From positions 124,001-188,000 of IMG/VR virus record IMGVR_UViG_3300029267_004162: a stretch of DNA of 64,000 nt; one strand, 5' to 3'. Positions 19,816-29,741 of this stretch are shown here, in pieces. The notes under the pieces were generated by a model. It did no database searches and was not told the origin of the DNA. It worked only from the letters and a program-made list of their open reading frames with translations. Made by a program: the position numbers and the translations under genes. Each line of letters opens with the position of its first letter. The stretch's first letter is position 1.

Positions 19816-20376
19816 TTATTCCCTCCCCTTCAATGGGTAGTATGGTGGTTGTTCCCTCCCGAAGGCTCTGCTCAGAGCCTCTTCTAGGTCTTTCATAGGA
19901 CCAGCAAGACGGGTACCCGCCCAGTGACCAGCAGTATACGTACTACCGGTGTCTGGGTCCATGACGTGTTTGGCTCCATCGGTTTGCATGAGAGTTTCAT
20001 ACGCCGCAAGGACTTTACTCATAGCGGTAAGTAAGTCTGGCGTAGTGGTAGCAAAGGCGTCAAGCACAGAAACGGCTTCTCCCTGAGACAGATCGAACAG
20101 GTGCCGAAGATGACTAAGCGTAGCTGCCCTAAGAAACCCTCCGGCTTCGGTGGTCTTCGCCTGGAAATCAACGATTTCTCCGGTTACTACTACCTCGGTT
20201 AAGAAGCGTAAAGCCTGAACGCTAGCCGGGACGATGCCTCCGCTATCACTCGCGGCGTTTTCGGCACCGGCGTCTTTGTAGCACTCCAAGCAAAGCTGGA
20301 CATCAGCCTCACCTTCCCCAGTGTCGCGGGTTATCTTATTACAAGCACGGCACTGGTAGCTTTTTATTGCCTTCAT
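19816..20376 (-). CDS. hypothetical protein with N-terminal Zn-ribbon
   Basis: CRAC...CLEC; GGAG RBS. Confidence 0.6.
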   Translation of the reverse strand: MKAIKSYQCRACNKITRDTGEGEADVQLCLECYKDAGAENAASDSGGIVPASVQALRFLTEVVVTGEIVDFQAKTTEAGGFLRAATLSHLRHLFDLSQGEAVSVLDAFATTTPDLLTAMSKVLAAYETLMQTDGAKHVMDPDTGSTYTAGHWAGTRLAGPMKDLEEALSRAFGREQPPYYPLKGRE

Positions 20377-20391
20377 GGTCGTCTCCGTGTA

Positions 20392-20465
20392 TGGGCCTGA
20401 CTGGATTTGAACCAGTGACCGGTAGATTATGAGTCCACTGCTCTAACCAACTGAGCTACAGGCCC
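20392..20465 (-). tRNA. tRNA with CAT anticodon, most likely tRNA-Ile2 (lysidine-type); CCA not encoded
   Basis: GGGCCTG TA GCTC AGTTGGTTA GAGC A GTGGA CT CAT AA TCTAC CGGTC ACTGG TTCAAAT CCAGT CAGGCCC A. Paired position 1:72 rules out an initiator; the body resembles bacterial Ile2. Confidence 0.9.
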
Positions 20466-20713
20466 TCTTGGTTAATAACGAATCCAAAAACCGCCTTGAT
20501 AGTAGACATATCCCCACCATGACATCTGTTGTCGGACACTGCGATTGGGTCGAATATTCTGGTTGGGACGGGGACGAGGCCGGACCAAAACTGCCCCATT
20601 ACTGAGAGTTTGACTTGATCGTTTTTCGAGCAACTTCAAACCTTCGATGATCTGACCAGACCGGTTTAAGCGACACCGTCCCGTTTTACCTTTCCCAATC
20701 GACATAATCTCTC

Positions 20714-21280
20714 CTACCAATCAATCCCCGATTGAAGCGTCAAGGACGTACCCACACAGCCGGATCGTCCGCAGTGCTTACAACTCACGTCCAAAAACAA
20801 CCTGCCGTGGTCCCAAGTAGGTGTAACGGAATCCCAATCAGGTTCATGGAGTTTGCCTGTTGTACAGATGCCCGTCGTTTCCCCCAGTTGGTTCCAACCC
20901 ATATCCGTACAGACATGAACTACGCCATTAATTACGAGGGCATCGCCCACACTCATGCTGGTGTGCTTGAGACCTTTGCCACGAATCAGATTGTTTGCCT
21001 CACCCCTGGGCGACCAAACCTCACCTTGCAACTGATGGAATACAAGGTCCCGGTCTTGGCTCTTTACCTTGCCCAATAGGATATGAGTCTGACGAAAATT
21101 AGGCCCCGTCGCATCAGCATCAAAAGTGGGGTTTTTGGCGTACCAAATCTCGGTGTCACCTCCGGCTAAATCTCCAAGGGCGTGGGTGTTTGCCGCATCA
21201 TTGAGGGTGGTGTACTGCTTCGATTTTCCATCACACATTATCGTTCTCCGAACCAACGTTGCTTTGCTTTTTACACTCAA
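20714..21280 (-). CDS. YodL-like domain protein with C-terminal Cys cluster
   Basis: HTSMSVGDALVING...CTDMGW; CKHC. Confidence 0.55.
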   Translation of the reverse strand: MSVKSKATLVRRTIMCDGKSKQYTTLNDAANTHALGDLAGGDTEIWYAKNPTFDADATGPNFRQTHILLGKVKSQDRDLVFHQLQGEVWSPRGEANNLIRGKGLKHTSMSVGDALVINGVVHVCTDMGWNQLGETTGICTTGKLHEPDWDSVTPTWDHGRLFLDVSCKHCGRSGCVGTSLTLQSGIDW

Positions 21281-21485
21281 TAATTGGTCGCGGTACTCCT
21301 TCTAATCCAGGTTTGATCTCGTCTTCGTACCGAGGAACAGGGGCGGGGTGGCCATCAAGAAGTACCCAATACGTGTTGGTAATTGTCGCCTGACCTACTT
21401 CTGTGATTATTCCAGGACACCACGAGTTATCCTGTTTCTTTACAAGAACTCTTTGATCGACCTCATACATATTTCTCCTCCTCAC
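21231..21485 (-). CDS. small SH3/Tudor-like protein
   Basis: YEVDQRVLVKKQDNSWCPGIITEVG...YWVLLDG. Confidence 0.5.
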   Translation of the reverse strand: MRRRNMYEVDQRVLVKKQDNSWCPGIITEVGQATITNTYWVLLDGHPAPVPRYEDEIKPGLEGVPRPIIECKKQSNVGSENDNV

Positions 21486-23356
21486 TCTACTGATCGGAGA
21501 AAATCTTCTTCTCCGATTACGGTCGTACCCAATTTTCGAGCTTTTTGAGCTTTGGTGCTGGTACTGTTGGGGTCAGCCATTACCAAGTAATCAAGACCCT
21601 TTGACACGCTGCCCTTGACTTCTCCACCATTCTGCTCCACCAGAGCTTGTAATTCCTTTCGAGGACGACTAGCGGCACCAGTGAAACAATAAGATTTCCC
21701 AGCCAAGGAACCACCCACGACTTCTTCCTTCTCAGCTTCTACCACCGTTACGGTCAACAGCCTTGATAGGTTGGTAAGCGTGTTCTTTCGACCCTGAATC
21801 CCTCGTGCAATGGTTTTAGCCTTAGTTTCTTGGAAACCAGGAAACTCCAGTAATTGTTCCTCAGTCAGAGCGAGAAATTTATCCACCGTGTCTACACCAA
21901 GGGATACGAGATTAGCCGCTTCAGTACGACCTAACATATGAATAGACACTGAACCCACCAAGTCGTGCAAATCACACTTCCGAGATTTATCTAGTTCTCG
22001 CATGATCTTCGCGGCCATCTTTTTTCCAACGCCTGCGTCAACCAAATCAGAAGTAGACATTTTGTACAACTTCGTAACCGTTCTGATGCCGGCTCCCCAC
22101 AGTTGAGCCAAAGTCTTATCCCCGATGTAGAGGATATTCCTAGCCTTAATCCATCTGTGTAACCTAGCCATTAAAACATCTTCGCATTTCCCCGGACGGG
22201 CACATTTTAATAATGGCCCGACTTGTTTGATAGGCCCGCCACAGCTTGGGCATTTTTTACAGGTGATGACCTTTCTGGTTTTACCCTTCCTGACTCGACG
22301 AACACAATAGGGAATCACATCCCCAGATCGGATCACTTCAATGGTATCCCCTATCTGCACATCCAACCGTTTGATCTCGGCTTGATTGTGAAGAGTCACG
22401 CTGGTTATGGTAGTACCCCCAACTGCCACCGGCTGAACCTTCCCAACCGGGGTTAAGCGACCCTGAGAACCCACCTGCCAATCGACTCGGTCCAAAACCG
22501 TATGACCACCTTGTGGAGGAAATTTCCACGCCCTAGCCCAGTACGGACGGCCATGCCTCTCACCAAGATGCTCTTGTTGAGTTAGAGAATCGACCTTCAC
22601 CACCGCCCCATCGATCTCAAAACGATTGGAGTCCCGCGAAGCCAGGATTTTAGCATATGCCTTCTTGGCACCTGCAAAGTCACAGGACACGGTGGATACC
22701 GCATCGAATCCATGATCCTGCAACCACTTGATCTTCCGAGTTTCAGTGGGAAGATCAACCCCCACAAGATCGAACGCAACGCATCGAATGCTAGCAGCCC
22801 CCACAGCGTCTAGCCTTCTGACCAGACCAGCCGCAGCATTCCTGGGGTTGGATTTCCCAGAAAAATTCTGCTTCCATTCTTTGATCGGCAGCAACGCCTC
22901 ACACCTAACCGATACAGACAGGGACGATGACAACTTCTTAGGGAGACCTTTTGCCTTCCGGATCGTGTGAGTGACGTTTTCTCCGATTGCCCCATCCCCT
23001 CGCGTGACGGCACGTACGAATTTGCCCCGTTCATAGATCAACTCAATACTGATACCATCCAGTTTATCCTGAACAACCAGAGCGGGAGTTTTCATCGCCA
23101 GCAACCGGTACCACTTGATGAATTCCCCTTCCGAGTGAAGATTGTTCAATGAACCCATTGGGATCTGATGCTGGGTCTTCTCCAGCGGGGAGTCCACGCT
23201 CGGCGTGGCCCCAATCTCCTTTAGAAAGGGGTTTCCAGGGTCTTCTTTCTGCAGGGACGCCCGGAGTTCATCGAAACGCGCATCGGACATGACGGGAGAG
23301 CCATCATAATAGGCCTGTGAGGCTGAACGCAATAGCCGCTCTAGTTTCGCTTCCAT
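21482..23356 (-). CDS. ligA: NAD-dependent DNA ligase
   Basis: YYDG...SDARFD, KLDG, TRGDG...GENVT, NPRNAAAG, IDGAVVK, TLHN, RSGDVIP, Cys4 Zn finger, C-terminal BRCT. Confidence 0.97.
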   Translation of the reverse strand: MEAKLERLLRSASQAYYDGSPVMSDARFDELRASLQKEDPGNPFLKEIGATPSVDSPLEKTQHQIPMGSLNNLHSEGEFIKWYRLLAMKTPALVVQDKLDGISIELIYERGKFVRAVTRGDGAIGENVTHTIRKAKGLPKKLSSSLSVSVRCEALLPIKEWKQNFSGKSNPRNAAAGLVRRLDAVGAASIRCVAFDLVGVDLPTETRKIKWLQDHGFDAVSTVSCDFAGAKKAYAKILASRDSNRFEIDGAVVKVDSLTQQEHLGERHGRPYWARAWKFPPQGGHTVLDRVDWQVGSQGRLTPVGKVQPVAVGGTTITSVTLHNQAEIKRLDVQIGDTIEVIRSGDVIPYCVRRVRKGKTRKVITCKKCPSCGGPIKQVGPLLKCARPGKCEDVLMARLHRWIKARNILYIGDKTLAQLWGAGIRTVTKLYKMSTSDLVDAGVGKKMAAKIMRELDKSRKCDLHDLVGSVSIHMLGRTEAANLVSLGVDTVDKFLALTEEQLLEFPGFQETKAKTIARGIQGRKNTLTNLSRLLTVTVVEAEKEEVVGGSLAGKSYCFTGAASRPRKELQALVEQNGGEVKGSVSKGLDYLVMADPNSTSTKAQKARKLGTTVIGEEDFLRSVE

Positions 23357-23372
23357 TTCTTTCTCCTACCCC

Positions 23373-23400
23373 ATTAACCACAAGAGGGGCTTTTTGTCAA
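23373..23400 (-). promoter_or_regulatory. putative sigma70-type promoter of ligA
   Basis: Minus strand TTGACA-aaaagcccctcttgtg-GTTAAT, followed by AGGAG RBS; spacer shares CCCCTCTTGTGGT with the promoter at 32778. Confidence 0.55.
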
Positions 23401-23633
23401 GTATCAGCCACCCATTTCTAGGTTAAGTAACCCCAGGTCGACCCCGGCGTCGAGTGCCTCGATCCAATGATACATTTGAGTCGTGGTCAAACGCGGCCCA
23501 ATATCGCGAAGCCCACCTTCAGGACTCTGTAGGACAATGCGTGGACGGTTGGCCGTCCAATCAAACCGCAGGTCAAGGCCAGTTTTGTTGCATACAACGT
23601 TTAGTGCTTGTTCAATGTCGGCTCTGGTTCTTC

Positions 23634-23921
23634 TCATCTTGATTCCTCCTCGGTTGGCACGGTGTCTCGATCTGAACCACAATCGGGATCAAACTTTGCC
23701 CAGTGCGTCACTTTGTCTTGCGTTCTCTGATCTAACCGCTGCCATGCGTTAGACAATTGATTAGGACCACCGAACGAACCATCGGGCGTTTCTGGCATGG
23801 GGCTATCATCACGTACCATTGCAGCCCACAACGCACGATACGTTGTATCATCTGTACCTGCTTTGGTACACTCGGCGATTTGGTCCAACGTCCAATCAGC
23901 CCAATTCTCAGGATAACTCAT
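23634..23921 (-). CDS. hypothetical protein
   Basis: Packed ORF with ATGA overlap. Confidence 0.55.
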   Translation of the reverse strand: MSYPENWADWTLDQIAECTKAGTDDTTYRALWAAMVRDDSPMPETPDGSFGGPNQLSNAWQRLDQRTQDKVTHWAKFDPDCGSDRDTVPTEEESR

Positions 23922-24664
23922 GCCGATCCCTCTTTATCGTACTCCCGTTTCCGCCATTCCTCAACCAAATCAATCACGGCCTCGCCCAACTCGCGGTCTG
24001 CGTATCTCAGCGAGATAGATAAGGTTCCCTCCCCGTGACACTGCACTTCATGGTATGGAAAAGGCGTGCGCAACATCTCCGAAGAACGAGACAACTCAGC
24101 CCCGGCGATGCGATTCCTGGTAGCGTTGACGAGTTCCTCAAGATCAGAGGTATACGCGTTATGTGCAGTAACACGATTGGTAACGGTTTCCCAAGCGGAA
24201 TCGAAATCAGGCAGAAACCGGCGGGAAACATCTCTGGATATGGCTTCTGGAGAACGAGTAGCTGCGACAGTAATAGAAACGTTGATGTCCATGTGATGGT
24301 GGGAATTACCGGTTCCCGTTGGCCAATCTCCATCGATCACGAGACGGCTTGGCTTTCTCCACTCAGGACGGATGATAAAGTGTCGTTCAGCGAGATCGAC
24401 AAAAACTGCTCCCCACATAGAACCCACGCTTTTCACGAGGATCTTTAGTGCGAAACATCCACCAGAAGCCTTGGCGATGGCCGCGTAAAACTTACGACAG
24501 GCTGCCTTGTTGTGACCCACGTCGAACATGCTGCTCATCTCAATCCTCTCAGTACCGTTGATGCCCCGAATTTGAAAGGCCGGCCATCTTGGCGAACGGC
24601 CAGTATTGGATAGCGTCTGGCTTTTATCGACAAACCAGTAATGGTGTACGTGTTTCCACGACAC
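23918..24664 (-). CDS. hypothetical protein (true start probably near 24538)
   Basis: Long ORF; its N-terminal part overlaps the preceding gene. Confidence 0.55.
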   Translation of the reverse strand: MSWKHVHHYWFVDKSQTLSNTGRSPRWPAFQIRGINGTERIEMSSMFDVGHNKAACRKFYAAIAKASGGCFALKILVKSVGSMWGAVFVDLAERHFIIRPEWRKPSRLVIDGDWPTGTGNSHHHMDINVSITVAATRSPEAISRDVSRRFLPDFDSAWETVTNRVTAHNAYTSDLEELVNATRNRIAGAELSRSSEMLRTPFPYHEVQCHGEGTLSISLRYADRELGEAVIDLVEEWRKREYDKEGSA

Positions 24665-25068
24665 GTGAAAGAACGTCCCAGCATCTCAGGTTCCAGTCCG
24701 TGGGATTTGGCGTGTGCCCGGAAGTACCCTGCTTCTGGAGTCAGGACCGTACCATCCGACTCTACCACAGATATATCGAGTTTGAATGAACACGATGTTG
24801 GGCTGAAACGGGCGGAGCCCAATACCACTGATACTCCCCAGCAGTGTTCGAATTCAGCAAGAGCCTCCTGCAAAGCGGGCCGCATCAACTGTACTACGCT
24901 ACGATCCAAATGTTCCAGCGCTCGTGCTCGAATTTCACTCCCTGAAAAGAGAGCGACATAACCGTCCTCGAATTCGACGCGGTACTGCTTCCCTACTACC
25001 GCAGTAATCACGCCCGGAAAGAACTGGCCCTCATACGGAGCCTTCACCAGTTGTCCTGTTTTAAACAC
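24535..25068 (-). CDS. hypothetical protein with N-terminal Tudor/SH3-like domain
   Basis: FKTGQLVKAPYEGQFFPGVITAVVGKQYRVEFEDG. Confidence 0.6.
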   Translation of the reverse strand: MFKTGQLVKAPYEGQFFPGVITAVVGKQYRVEFEDGYVALFSGSEIRARALEHLDRSVVQLMRPALQEALAEFEHCWGVSVVLGSARFSPTSCSFKLDISVVESDGTVLTPEAGYFRAHAKSHGLEPEMLGRSFTCRGNTYTITGLSIKARRYPILAVRQDGRPFKFGASTVLRGLR

Positions 25069-25257
25069 ATTCCTTCTCCTGATTCGCCATAGCAGCAGAA
25101 AGGAGCGGACTCAGGGTTATTCCTCTTCTATGGCAGTGCTGCGCAAAGAAGAACAACGCTCCTCGGAAATCAGCTCGCTCTACTGCTCGCCTAAAACGGC
25201 GGTTCACTCTGCCATAGTAATGCTCGACAATGACTCCAATTTGCATGCGATTCCTCA

Positions 25258-25524
25258 CTAAAAAGCACCCTTGCTCTGAACGACTGTAATCTGGAATTCA
25301 CTGCCATCAGCCAACGTGAGAACGAAACCAGCGTCTTTCGTCAAGACCACAGCCGCCTCGAACGATCTGGCGTGCAAAATTTGGCTGAACCGATTGTCAT
25401 CACAGATGGCATCCATTGCATCCTCAATGTCTATCGGATCGGTATTGAGGTCCACATCGACCATTTGCTCAAACACTTGTTCCATCGTCTCAGCGACGTG
25501 TGTTGCTGTTATACCCAACACCAT
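25258..25524 (-). CDS. small acidic phage protein
   Basis: GGAGGAG RBS before ATG at 25524; C-terminal SFEAAVVLTKDAGFVLTLADGSEFQITVVQS. Confidence 0.6.
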   Translation of the reverse strand: MVLGITATHVAETMEQVFEQMVDVDLNTDPIDIEDAMDAICDDNRFSQILHARSFEAAVVLTKDAGFVLTLADGSEFQITVVQSKGAF

Positions 25525-25532
25525 TCTCCTCC

Positions 25533-25561
25533 AAAAGGGGCGGGGTACTTCACCCCGCCCC
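25533..25561 (-). terminator. intrinsic terminator
   Basis: GGGGCGGGGT/ACCCCGCCCC 10-bp stem followed by TTTT on the - strand, just after the gene at 25574. Confidence 0.75.
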
Positions 25562-25573
25562 ACGAACAATACA

Positions 25574-26815
25574 CTAGCGAGTGAACACGAACTCGTCCAG
25601 GAGCAACCAGCGACCCTTGGGGCCAGCAGTAAACTCCACCTGACAGTAACGGCCACGCCCATCAACTGCGATTTGAGTGAAGGACGAGCCCGTAACGGCT
25701 CGTTCATCAGCAGTGGGCTCATACGACAGACCATCTGACCAATTCTGGCCATCATCACTGAAACTAACCACGGCTGAGCCGAACAACTCAACGCCACCAG
25801 CGGCCTGATTGTTGCAGTGAACCGCGACCTCGGACAGGGTGATTTCCTCACCAAAATCAAAAACGACTGCCATGGTACCGAACTTATCCCAGCCAACCCA
25901 GATGAGGGCGTCATCAGCGGTTTCGGTAAATTCACCAGGAGCCATCTCGTCCCAGATACCATCGATCAACTGACCCGTGCCACCACTGAGGTAGGCCCTG
26001 GCGACAGTGTTATCACCATCACCATCATAAGACGAATCAGCATGAGGCAGATTGGGCCACCAGCCCTGATCTCCATTGTGCATGGCGTAGCTGATTGGGA
26101 CAGCAGCAATAACTTCTTCGGCGGCAGCTTCACGAGCAATCGCGTTGTCCCACGTTACCTGAAACTCCACCAGGAGCGGACCAGCTTCATCCCAAATCAC
26201 CATAGGGTGAGATACGAACAGGTACTGCTCACGCGTAAACGTCATCTCATAGCGATACTGAGAATGCTCATCATCCCAGCCGATCAGTTGAGGCTGCGTA
26301 AACTTGCACTCCTCAGTTGAGTCATCAGGGTAAACGCCGATTACCGCGACTGCGATTTCCTCCTGGTACTCAGGTTCAAAGACCAACTGCGTCGGACACC
26401 AGATCGTGAAAGTCTGGTCATCACCCGGCGAGAACAATCCTTCTTCCTTCGAAGAAGAAATGTACTGCTTGGTGATGTACCCTTCATATTCCACATCCTT
26501 CACCCAGTTCCCGGATTCCGTTCCAGCGGGCGGCTCAACAAACACGGTACTGCGAATACCGGGCTCAGGGCCAAACGGGTTCCCAATGATCTCCTCGGGC
26601 TCAGCCTCGTCCTTCCCCCTCATCAAAGGTGCGGCAGGGGGTTCAGCAGCGGGGGGTTCAGCTACCAGTGCAGTAACACCGGCTACGGTTGAATCTATCC
26701 CCAGGGTGTTGAGCAAACCTTTCATGCTCTCCACGTCCTCAGGAAGACAACCAGTGAGACAAATTCCCAATACGACGACGACGGCGGCAAATTGCTTCTT
26801 CATCTTACGCTCCAT
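25574..26815 (-). CDS. acidic lipoprotein with C-terminal discoidin (F5/8 type C)-like domain
   Basis: Lipobox LTGC(LPED); VVFDFGEEITLSEVAVH...SFSDDGQNW...GRYCQVEF...LLDEF. Confidence 0.7.
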   Translation of the reverse strand: MERKMKKQFAAVVVVLGICLTGCLPEDVESMKGLLNTLGIDSTVAGVTALVAEPPAAEPPAAPLMRGKDEAEPEEIIGNPFGPEPGIRSTVFVEPPAGTESGNWVKDVEYEGYITKQYISSSKEEGLFSPGDDQTFTIWCPTQLVFEPEYQEEIAVAVIGVYPDDSTEECKFTQPQLIGWDDEHSQYRYEMTFTREQYLFVSHPMVIWDEAGPLLVEFQVTWDNAIAREAAAEEVIAAVPISYAMHNGDQGWWPNLPHADSSYDGDGDNTVARAYLSGGTGQLIDGIWDEMAPGEFTETADDALIWVGWDKFGTMAVVFDFGEEITLSEVAVHCNNQAAGGVELFGSAVVSFSDDGQNWSDGLSYEPTADERAVTGSSFTQIAVDGRGRYCQVEFTAGPKGRWLLLDEFVFTR

Positions 26816-26919
26816 TCAGGTCCACGAAACAGAATCACGACAGGGCCTGTCCTCCAGGGGAGCATATAGTGGCGATTGTTTCTCCTCTCTTTCTCTGTCA
26901 GTGTGAAAGGCTACCCGAC

Positions 26920-27207
26920 CTAGGCCGGACACGCATAGCGGTCTCCATCAACTCTCCATGTGCTCTTCCCATCACCCACTCGGACCATAGGTCCATCCTC
27001 CGCTCGAATGTCATCATGTTTGATAGACGTAATCTTCACTTTGACGTACTGACCGTCAATGTAAGTGATGGCCTCCTGCCCTCGCTTCAAAGTAGCGAAC
27101 TTCTTAAAAACTTGTTCCCAAAATGCGAAATCCCCCTCCGCGAACTTCACGTAGGCAGGAGAAATTGCAAGGGCTTGCTCTCTCGTGATAACCATATCAG
27201 TCTCCAC
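26920..27207 (-). CDS. hypothetical protein
   Basis: AGGAGG RBS; packed ORF. Confidence 0.55.
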   Translation of the reverse strand: METDMVITREQALAISPAYVKFAEGDFAFWEQVFKKFATLKRGQEAITYIDGQYVKVKITSIKHDDIRAEDGPMVRVGDGKSTWRVDGDRYACPA

Positions 27208-27212
27208 ACCTC

Positions 27213-27431
27213 CTAGTCGAACAGATTGAACAGAAAACCTAAACCCCCATCGTTCCCACGATCATCATAGTAGTAGTCATCATAACGATGACCACGGTCA
27301 CGGTTGTCATAGTCAATATCAACCCAATAACCCCCGCGATCCTCCCCGAAGTTGATGGCCACATCATCACATCCACAGCAGCCGAATGCGACAACGACGA
27401 GCAACGACAGACAGCACAAAGTCTTCTTCAT
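27213..27431 (-). CDS. small lipoprotein
   Basis: MKKTLCCLSLLVVVAFGCCGC signal/lipobox; D/Y/G-rich mature part. Confidence 0.6.
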   Translation of the reverse strand: MKKTLCCLSLLVVVAFGCCGCDDVAINFGEDRGGYWVDIDYDNRDRGHRYDDYYYDDRGNDGGLGFLFNLFD

Positions 27432-27447
27432 GGTAATCCCTTTCGGT

Positions 27448-27615
27448 TCACATTTGGTCGGTGTCTTCTTCTGATTCTTGGCAGTCAGGACACAAGTCCC
27501 GATCTGGGGTACAAGACCACCCGAACACCTCAGCCTGTAGAGGCTCGGTTACATCTTCTGGGAACAAGGTACGACAGTGTTCGCCATCACACCTCAGTTG
27601 TCGGTCTTCGATCAT
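27448..27615 (-). CDS. small Zn-finger protein
   Basis: MIEDRQLRCDGEHC...GW...DLCPDC; GGAGGAG RBS. Confidence 0.6.
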   Translation of the reverse strand: MIEDRQLRCDGEHCRTLFPEDVTEPLQAEVFGWSCTPDRDLCPDCQESEEDTDQM

Positions 27616-27649
27616 GATGCTCCTCCACCCAAGTGAATCATAGGCGAAA

Positions 27650-27928
27650 TCATTTGATTTCCTCCTCCACCATAGGACCAATATTGGCCCATTCAGCGGC
27701 AAACGCCGCACGAGCCTCCACCGGACAAGCAGCGAAGATCGACTTGCTCTGCTCCCACGAGATGCTCCAGTCACTGGGTTGAGCCTTCTCGGGCAGCAGC
27801 GACAAATCATCCACCTCCAGAATTGTCTGCCACAGCAGGAACAGACCTTCCATCGGGGACTTGGTGATCTGCTTGGTAATCGCTCGCAAATCTTTAGCGG
27901 AAAACTCAACGTGTTGTGCAATCTTCAT
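27650..27928 (-). CDS. hypothetical protein
   Basis: Start MKIAQHV after GGAGGTG RBS. Confidence 0.55.
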   Translation of the reverse strand: MKIAQHVEFSAKDLRAITKQITKSPMEGLFLLWQTILEVDDLSLLPEKAQPSDWSISWEQSKSIFAACPVEARAAFAAEWANIGPMVEEEIK

Positions 27929-27929
27929 T

Positions 27930-28220
27930 CTATTCACCTCCGAATAGGTCAGAGAGTTTCTCCAAGTACCCCGCCGTACAGCACTCCCGGCTGATGACAA
28001 AATCCTCGAAAGCCTGCTCGGCCATCGGACTCGTTTGAACCTCAACCACGAGGTTGGCATCTTCCCCTAGGCGGGTAATGAGCTTTATATGTTCCATCAC
28101 CTTCGCGATAGAAGAAGAGACGAACCCATCCGTGTCTAGTTGTGGCCACTCTACCAGACACTCCCATAGACCGTCCCGGTAGTAATCCACTACGATTTTT
28201 ATAGTGTTGTCATCGGACAT
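27930..28220 (-). CDS. hypothetical protein
   Basis: Start moved downstream of tRNA-Leu (MSDDNT). Confidence 0.5.
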   Translation of the reverse strand: MSDDNTIKIVVDYYRDGLWECLVEWPQLDTDGFVSSSIAKVMEHIKLITRLGEDANLVVEVQTSPMAEQAFEDFVISRECCTAGYLEKLSDLFGGE

Positions 28221-28255
28221 CACATTCTCCATTTGGCGATCCATGGTTAGGACAC

Positions 28256-28330
28256 TGGCCACGATGGGACTTGAACCCACACTGGACGGATTTTAAATCC
28301 GTTGCCTCTGCCGAATTGGGCTACGTGGCC
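28256..28330 (-). tRNA. tRNA-Leu(TAA) with short variable region; CCA not encoded
   Basis: GGCCACG TA GCC CAATTCGGCAGA GGC A ACGGA TT TAA AA TCCGT CCAGT GTGGG TTCAAGT CCCAT CGTGGCC A. Confidence 0.9.
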
Positions 28331-28333
28331 TCC

Positions 28334-28363
28334 CCGATGCCCCAACAAGGGGCATCGGTTTTT
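28334..28363 (+). terminator. 10-bp hairpin with T-tract on the + strand, abutting the tRNA-Leu 5' end
   Basis: CCGATGCCCC-AACAA-GGGGCATCGG-TTTTT. Confidence 0.6.
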
Positions 28364-28377
28364 CTAGTCAGCGACGA

Positions 28378-29139
28378 TCACATCCCCTTGTTCCAAGCCA
28401 TGGCGAACACATCAGCGTAATCAGCATCACGGGGATCAGACATTTCAATGAACTGATACTCCAGGTACGTGGCAGCACGATCTTCCATGGTCAGCTCATA
28501 GTAGAGCAGTCCATTCTCTGACCAGCTCTCGATCTTGATATCCAATGCTTCGATCTTGGTGATGTTCATGTCTTCGTCCATGACGGCTCCAAAACCACCA
28601 TCCCAACACTGGGAGTATTGGAATTCCAGCGGAACATTGGATTCAATCACTACCACCGAACTCTCATGGTTATTGCCCGCGAAACCAAGGAACCAATCAT
28701 CGGGCTCACCATCATCATCACAGTCGTTCCAATAGTCGTTCAGGTCGAAGATCACGACCTCACGCTCCACATTTGAGTAATCCACCGGAGCGTTCTCAGC
28801 CTCAGCCTCAGCGTTGTTCTCAGCCTCAGCCTCAGCGTTGTTCTCAGCCTCAGCCTCAGCGTTCTCAGCCTCAGCGTTCTCAGCCTCGAAACCATCGGAC
28901 GACTCAATCGTGGGGACTACGCCCGACTCGCCAGCATCAGCAAAACGGACACCCGGTTCAGCAACAGTAGCAGGACCCTCGGTGATGTACGTGTTGGTCA
29001 CGTTGTTAATAACGTTGGTCGTCACGTTGGCGTCGGCGTGAACATCAACCAGGCCATCCAGACTGCCATCCTCGGGCAGACAACCTACGACACAGAGAGC
29101 AGAAACAGCAACAGCAACAGCACAGTAATTGCGAAACAT
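28378..29139 (-). CDS. acidic lipoprotein with AEN low-complexity linker
   Basis: VVGC(LPED) lipobox; very D/E-rich. Confidence 0.7.
   Translation of the reverse strand: MFRNYCAVAVAVSALCVVGCLPEDGSLDGLVDVHADANVTTNVINNVTNTYITEGPATVAEPGVRFADAGESGVVPTIESSDGFEAENAEAENAEAEAENNAEAEAENNAEAEAENAPVDYSNVEREVVIFDLNDYWNDCDDDGEPDDWFLGFAGNNHESSVVVIESNVPLEFQYSQCWDGGFGAVMDEDMNITKIEALDIKIESWSENGLLYYELTMEDRAATYLEYQFIEMSDPRDADYADVFAMAWNKGM
28790..28887. repeat. coding tandem repeat (CTCAGC/GTTCTCAGC units) encoding AEN/AEAEAENN repeats
   Basis: Directly visible periodic sequence. Confidence 0.9.
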
Positions 29140-29213
29140 GTCATTCTCCACTCGGCGATAAACCTATTTTGTTACGACCCAACACAAACGTGATTCAGTT
29201 GGCTTTGGCTGCC

Positions 29214-29495
29214 CTACTTGGGCTTCACGGCCTCAGGATTCTTCCCTCTCACATATCGCGTAGCGGTGTACTGCTCAGGTCGAACCTCGACACATCTTAG
29301 TTTGAGATCACCCACAAACTGCCTGTGATAGTCAACCCAGGTCAACCTGTAGTACCGATCCGAGGCGATGTGCCGCACGACCTTTGCATAGGTCGTTGCA
29401 TAACGGTCCTCATCAGTAGCGTACGCTTGCAAAACTACTTCATATCCCTTGACATCCTCATCATCGATTAGGGCGTTCTTTTCAGCGAGTCTCAT
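29214..29495 (-). CDS. hypothetical protein
   Basis: GAGAGGA RBS; 93 aa. Confidence 0.55.
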   Translation of the reverse strand: MRLAEKNALIDDEDVKGYEVVLQAYATDEDRYATTYAKVVRHIASDRYYRLTWVDYHRQFVGDLKLRCVEVRPEQYTATRYVRGKNPEAVKPK

Positions 29496-29741
29496 GTTTT
29501 CATCCTCTCTCAGTTACCCCGGAAAACGCGCCCGGAGCTACAGCTCCCGGATGGATACCAAATCTCGACCGACCACGCGATAAAGCGTACAACTGCCACC
29601 TTCGGCTTGATGTTGCCAGTTCCGCACGCAACCCGCGACAACAACCACGTCACGGTGAGCGGCAACACACACTCCCTCGGAGTTCAGAGCAAAAAACATA
29701 GCGGTTCCTTATCGGCGACTGTCTCTCAAACCTGGACGCAG

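Noticed and set aside
28790-28887. CRISPR array
   Set aside because: Short in-frame tandem units with no unique spacers; no cas genes.
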